DNA of 24,000 nt from Caloramator fervidus (GTDB taxonomy: Bacteria; Bacillota; Clostridia; Clostridiales; Caloramatoraceae): positions 98,300 through 122,299 of the forward strand of contig NZ_FNUK01000001.1 of NCBI RefSeq assembly GCF_900108045.1. Direction: 5' to 3'. Below, in pieces: positions 21,998-24,000 of this stretch. The notes under the pieces were generated by a model. That model did not search any database, was not told the origin of the DNA, and saw nothing but the letters and a program-made list of their open reading frames with translations. How positions within the stretch are numbered: position 1 is the first letter of the stretch; each line of letters opens with the position of its first letter. The position numbers were made by a program, and so were the translations under genes.

Positions 21998-24000
21998 TTG
22001 AAAAAGGAATATATATTAAGTGGATTAAAATGTGCTAACTGTGCTTTAAAGATGGAAGAGGGAATAAAAAAATTAGATGGCATAAAGAATGTCCGTATAG
22101 ATTTTGTTAATAAAACTTTAAAGATAGAAATTGATGATAAGGCTAATTTAGATGACATGTTGTCTAAAATTAAAAGTGTTATTGTTTCAATTGAAAAGGA
22201 TGTAGTTATAAAAGAAAAATACGAAAAAGAAGAAAAAAAAGAAGGTTATAACATAGCTTTTGCTTTTTTTGTATATATTTTAGCCTTTATTTTAAGAAAA
22301 GATTTTGTTTTTCTGATATGCTATGTTTTAGCTGGATATGACATACTTTTAAAGGCCTTTAAAAACATAAAAAAAGGTCAAGTTTTTGATGAGAATTTTT
22401 TAATGTCCATAGCTACTTTAGGGGCTATAGCTATTGGAGAAATTTCAGAAGCTTGTTCGGTTATGCTTTTTTATAAAATAGGGGAGTTTTTACAGGATTT
22501 AGCTGTTGAAAAATCAAGAAGGTCTATAAAGTCCCTTTTAAGTATAAGACCTGACTATGCAAATTTAGCTATAGATGAAATTAAAAGGGTAGATCCCCAT
22601 GATGTAAAAGTTGGAGATTTAATAGTAGTAAAGCCGGGGGAAAAAGTTCCTTTAGATGGAGTTGTAGTTGAAGGAAAAGCTTTAGTAGATACTTCTTCTT
22701 TAACTGGGGAATCTATCCCAAGGGAAGTTCAAGAAGGATGCGAAGTTTTAAGCGGTTTTATAAATTTAAATGGTTTTTTAAAGATTAGGGTTACTAAAAG
22801 CTTCGAAAATTCAATGGTAAATAAAATATTAAGTTTAGTGGAAGGATTAGATAAAAAGACAAATACAGAAAGGTTTATTACAAAGTTTTCAAGGTTTTAC
22901 ACACCCTTAGTTGTTCTTTTAGCATTTTTAATAGCCTTTATTATACCTATTTTTTTAAAAGAAAGTTTTTTAAAATGGATATATAGAGCTTTAATATTTC
23001 TTGTTGTATCTTGTCCTTGTGCTCTTGTTATATCAATTCCTCTTGGTTTTTTTGCAGGTATTGGTAGGGCTTCAAGAAATGGGATATTAGTAAAGGGAAG
23101 TAATTTTTTAGAAGCTTTAAATTATGTTGAAGTTGTTGTGTTTGATAAAACAGGAACTTTAACTAAAGGAAAGCTAAAAGTAAAAGATGTTAAAGCTAAA
23201 AATCAAGATAAAGATAAAGTTTTAGAATATGCCGCTTATGCAGAGGCTTATTCTAATCACCCAGTGGCTCTTTGCATATTGGAAAATTTTAAAATAAACA
23301 GAGAAAGGATTAAGGATTACAAAGAATTTGCAGGTTTTGGAGTAAAAGCCAAAGTTGATGATAGCCAGATAATAGTTGGAAACGAAAGGTTTATGGAAGA
23401 TAATAAAGTAAAAGTAGAAAATTTTAATGAAGTTGGAACAAAGGTATATGTTGCAAAGGATGGAGAGTATATAGGATGTATAATAATAGCAGATGAAATA
23501 AAGGAAGATGCTAAATATACTATAGATTATTTAAAAAAGCTAGGTAAGAAAGTTTTTATGTTTACAGGGGATTATAAAGAGGTTGCCGAGGATGTGGCTT
23601 TAAAGCTTGGAATAGATGAATATTATTATGAACTTCTTCCTGAAGATAAGGTTGAAAAACTTAAACTTTTAAAGCAAAAAGGGAATAAAGTAATGTTTAT
23701 TGGCGATGGCATAAACGATGCTTTGGCTATTTTAACGGCAGATGTTGGAGTTTCTATGGGAGCTTTAGGACAAGATGCAGCTATAGAAGCTTCTGATGTA
23801 GTTCTTATGAAGGATGATTTAAAAGATATTTTAAAAGCCTTTGAAATAGCTAAAAAAACAAAAAACATTATATGGCAGAATATAATACTTGCTTTAACTG
23901 TTAAAGTATTGATTATGGTTTTAGCATTTTTAGGATTTTCTAATATGTGGTCGGCAGTATTTGCTGATGTTGGTGTTACAATTATTGCTGTTATAAATTC
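21998..24000 (+). CDS. Heavy-metal translocating P1B-type ATPase (CPC type, Cd/Zn-like); 3' end lies outside the window
   Basis: It is not in the ORF track because no stop codon occurs before the window end. The TTG at 21998 lies 7 nt after an AGGGGGG RBS and 1 nt after the regulator's stop. My hand translation is open to 24000. It includes an HMA domain (LSGLKCANCALKME), TGESIP, the transmembrane SCPCALV motif, the phosphorylation site FDKTGTLTKG (D at 23144-23146), HP (SNHPVA) and the hinge GDGINDA. Confidence 0.92.
   Translation, partial: MKKEYILSGLKCANCALKMEEGIKKLDGIKNVRIDFVNKTLKIEIDDKANLDDMLSKIKSVIVSIEKDVVIKEKYEKEEKKEGYNIAFAFFVYILAFILRKDFVFLICYVLAGYDILLKAFKNIKKGQVFDENFLMSIATLGAIAIGEISEACSVMLFYKIGEFLQDLAVEKSRRSIKSLLSIRPDYANLAIDEIKRVDPHDVKVGDLIVVKPGEKVPLDGVVVEGKALVDTSSLTGESIPREVQEGCEVLSGFINLNGFLKIRVTKSFENSMVNKILSLVEGLDKKTNTERFITKFSRFYTPLVVLLAFLIAFIIPIFLKESFLKWIYRALIFLVVSCPCALVISIPLGFFAGIGRASRNGILVKGSNFLEALNYVEVVVFDKTGTLTKGKLKVKDVKAKNQDKDKVLEYAAYAEAYSNHPVALCILENFKINRERIKDYKEFAGFGVKAKVDDSQIIVGNERFMEDNKVKVENFNEVGTKVYVAKDGEYIGCIIIADEIKEDAKYTIDYLKKLGKKVFMFTGDYKEVAEDVALKLGIDEYYYELLPEDKVEKLKLLKQKGNKVMFIGDGINDALAILTADVGVSMGALGQDAAIEASDVVLMKDDLKDILKAFEIAKKTKNIIWQNIILALTVKVLIMVLAFLGFSNMWSAVFADVGVTIIAVIN

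Noticed and set aside
1-24000. Scan for CRISPR arrays, tRNA/rRNA genes, IS elements, integrases, prophage genes and long direct or terminal repeats.
   Set aside because: I saw no regularly spaced 25-40-nt repeats, no cloverleaf-like GC-rich 75-nt islands and no transposase- or recombinase-like ORFs. The only GC-rich non-coding islands are explained by the SAM riboswitch, the FMN riboswitch and the raiA-type RNA.

Overview
This is a low-GC (about 30% G+C by eye) Firmicutes/Clostridia-type chromosomal segment. It is densely packed, mostly + strand, and mostly housekeeping.

Gene order:
- EAL c-di-GMP phosphodiesterase (3' part), then a methyl-accepting chemotaxis protein
- SAM-I riboswitch and metK
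- a three-gene small-protein operon (DUF1659-like, DUF2922-like, YvrJ-like; the 48-aa YvrJ-like ORF is missing from the ORF track)
- an MFS transporter (-)
- a sigmaA-type promoter carrying a perfect LexA/Cheo box, followed by a ComK-like 173-aa protein, recD2, a ComFA-like protein with every ATPase motif degenerated, and comFC
- a 218-nt GC-rich structured RNA in the raiA-motif context
- an array of consensus DnaA boxes, then hpf, secA and prfB (programmed +1 frameshift)
- an M28 peptidase (-)
- a DnaA-box-bearing perfect 18-bp palindrome
- a heavily deleted atoE-like pseudogene (-)
- tex, then an FMN riboswitch and ribU
- tsaE, tsaB and rimI
- a CadC-like ArsR/SmtB repressor with its operator, and a CPC-type P1B heavy-metal ATPase that runs off the 3' end

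I found no transposase, integrase, CRISPR array, tRNA/rRNA gene or recognisable phage-defence operon. The window looks like conserved core synteny rather than an accessory island.

The items most worth follow-up:
- the raiA-type RNA, whose function is unknown
- the catalytically dead but intact ComFA paralog
- the SOS box in front of the recD2/comF-like operon
- the two non-oriC DnaA-box clusters
- the uncharacterised small-protein triad

All family assignments come from motif recognition by eye. No searches were run.
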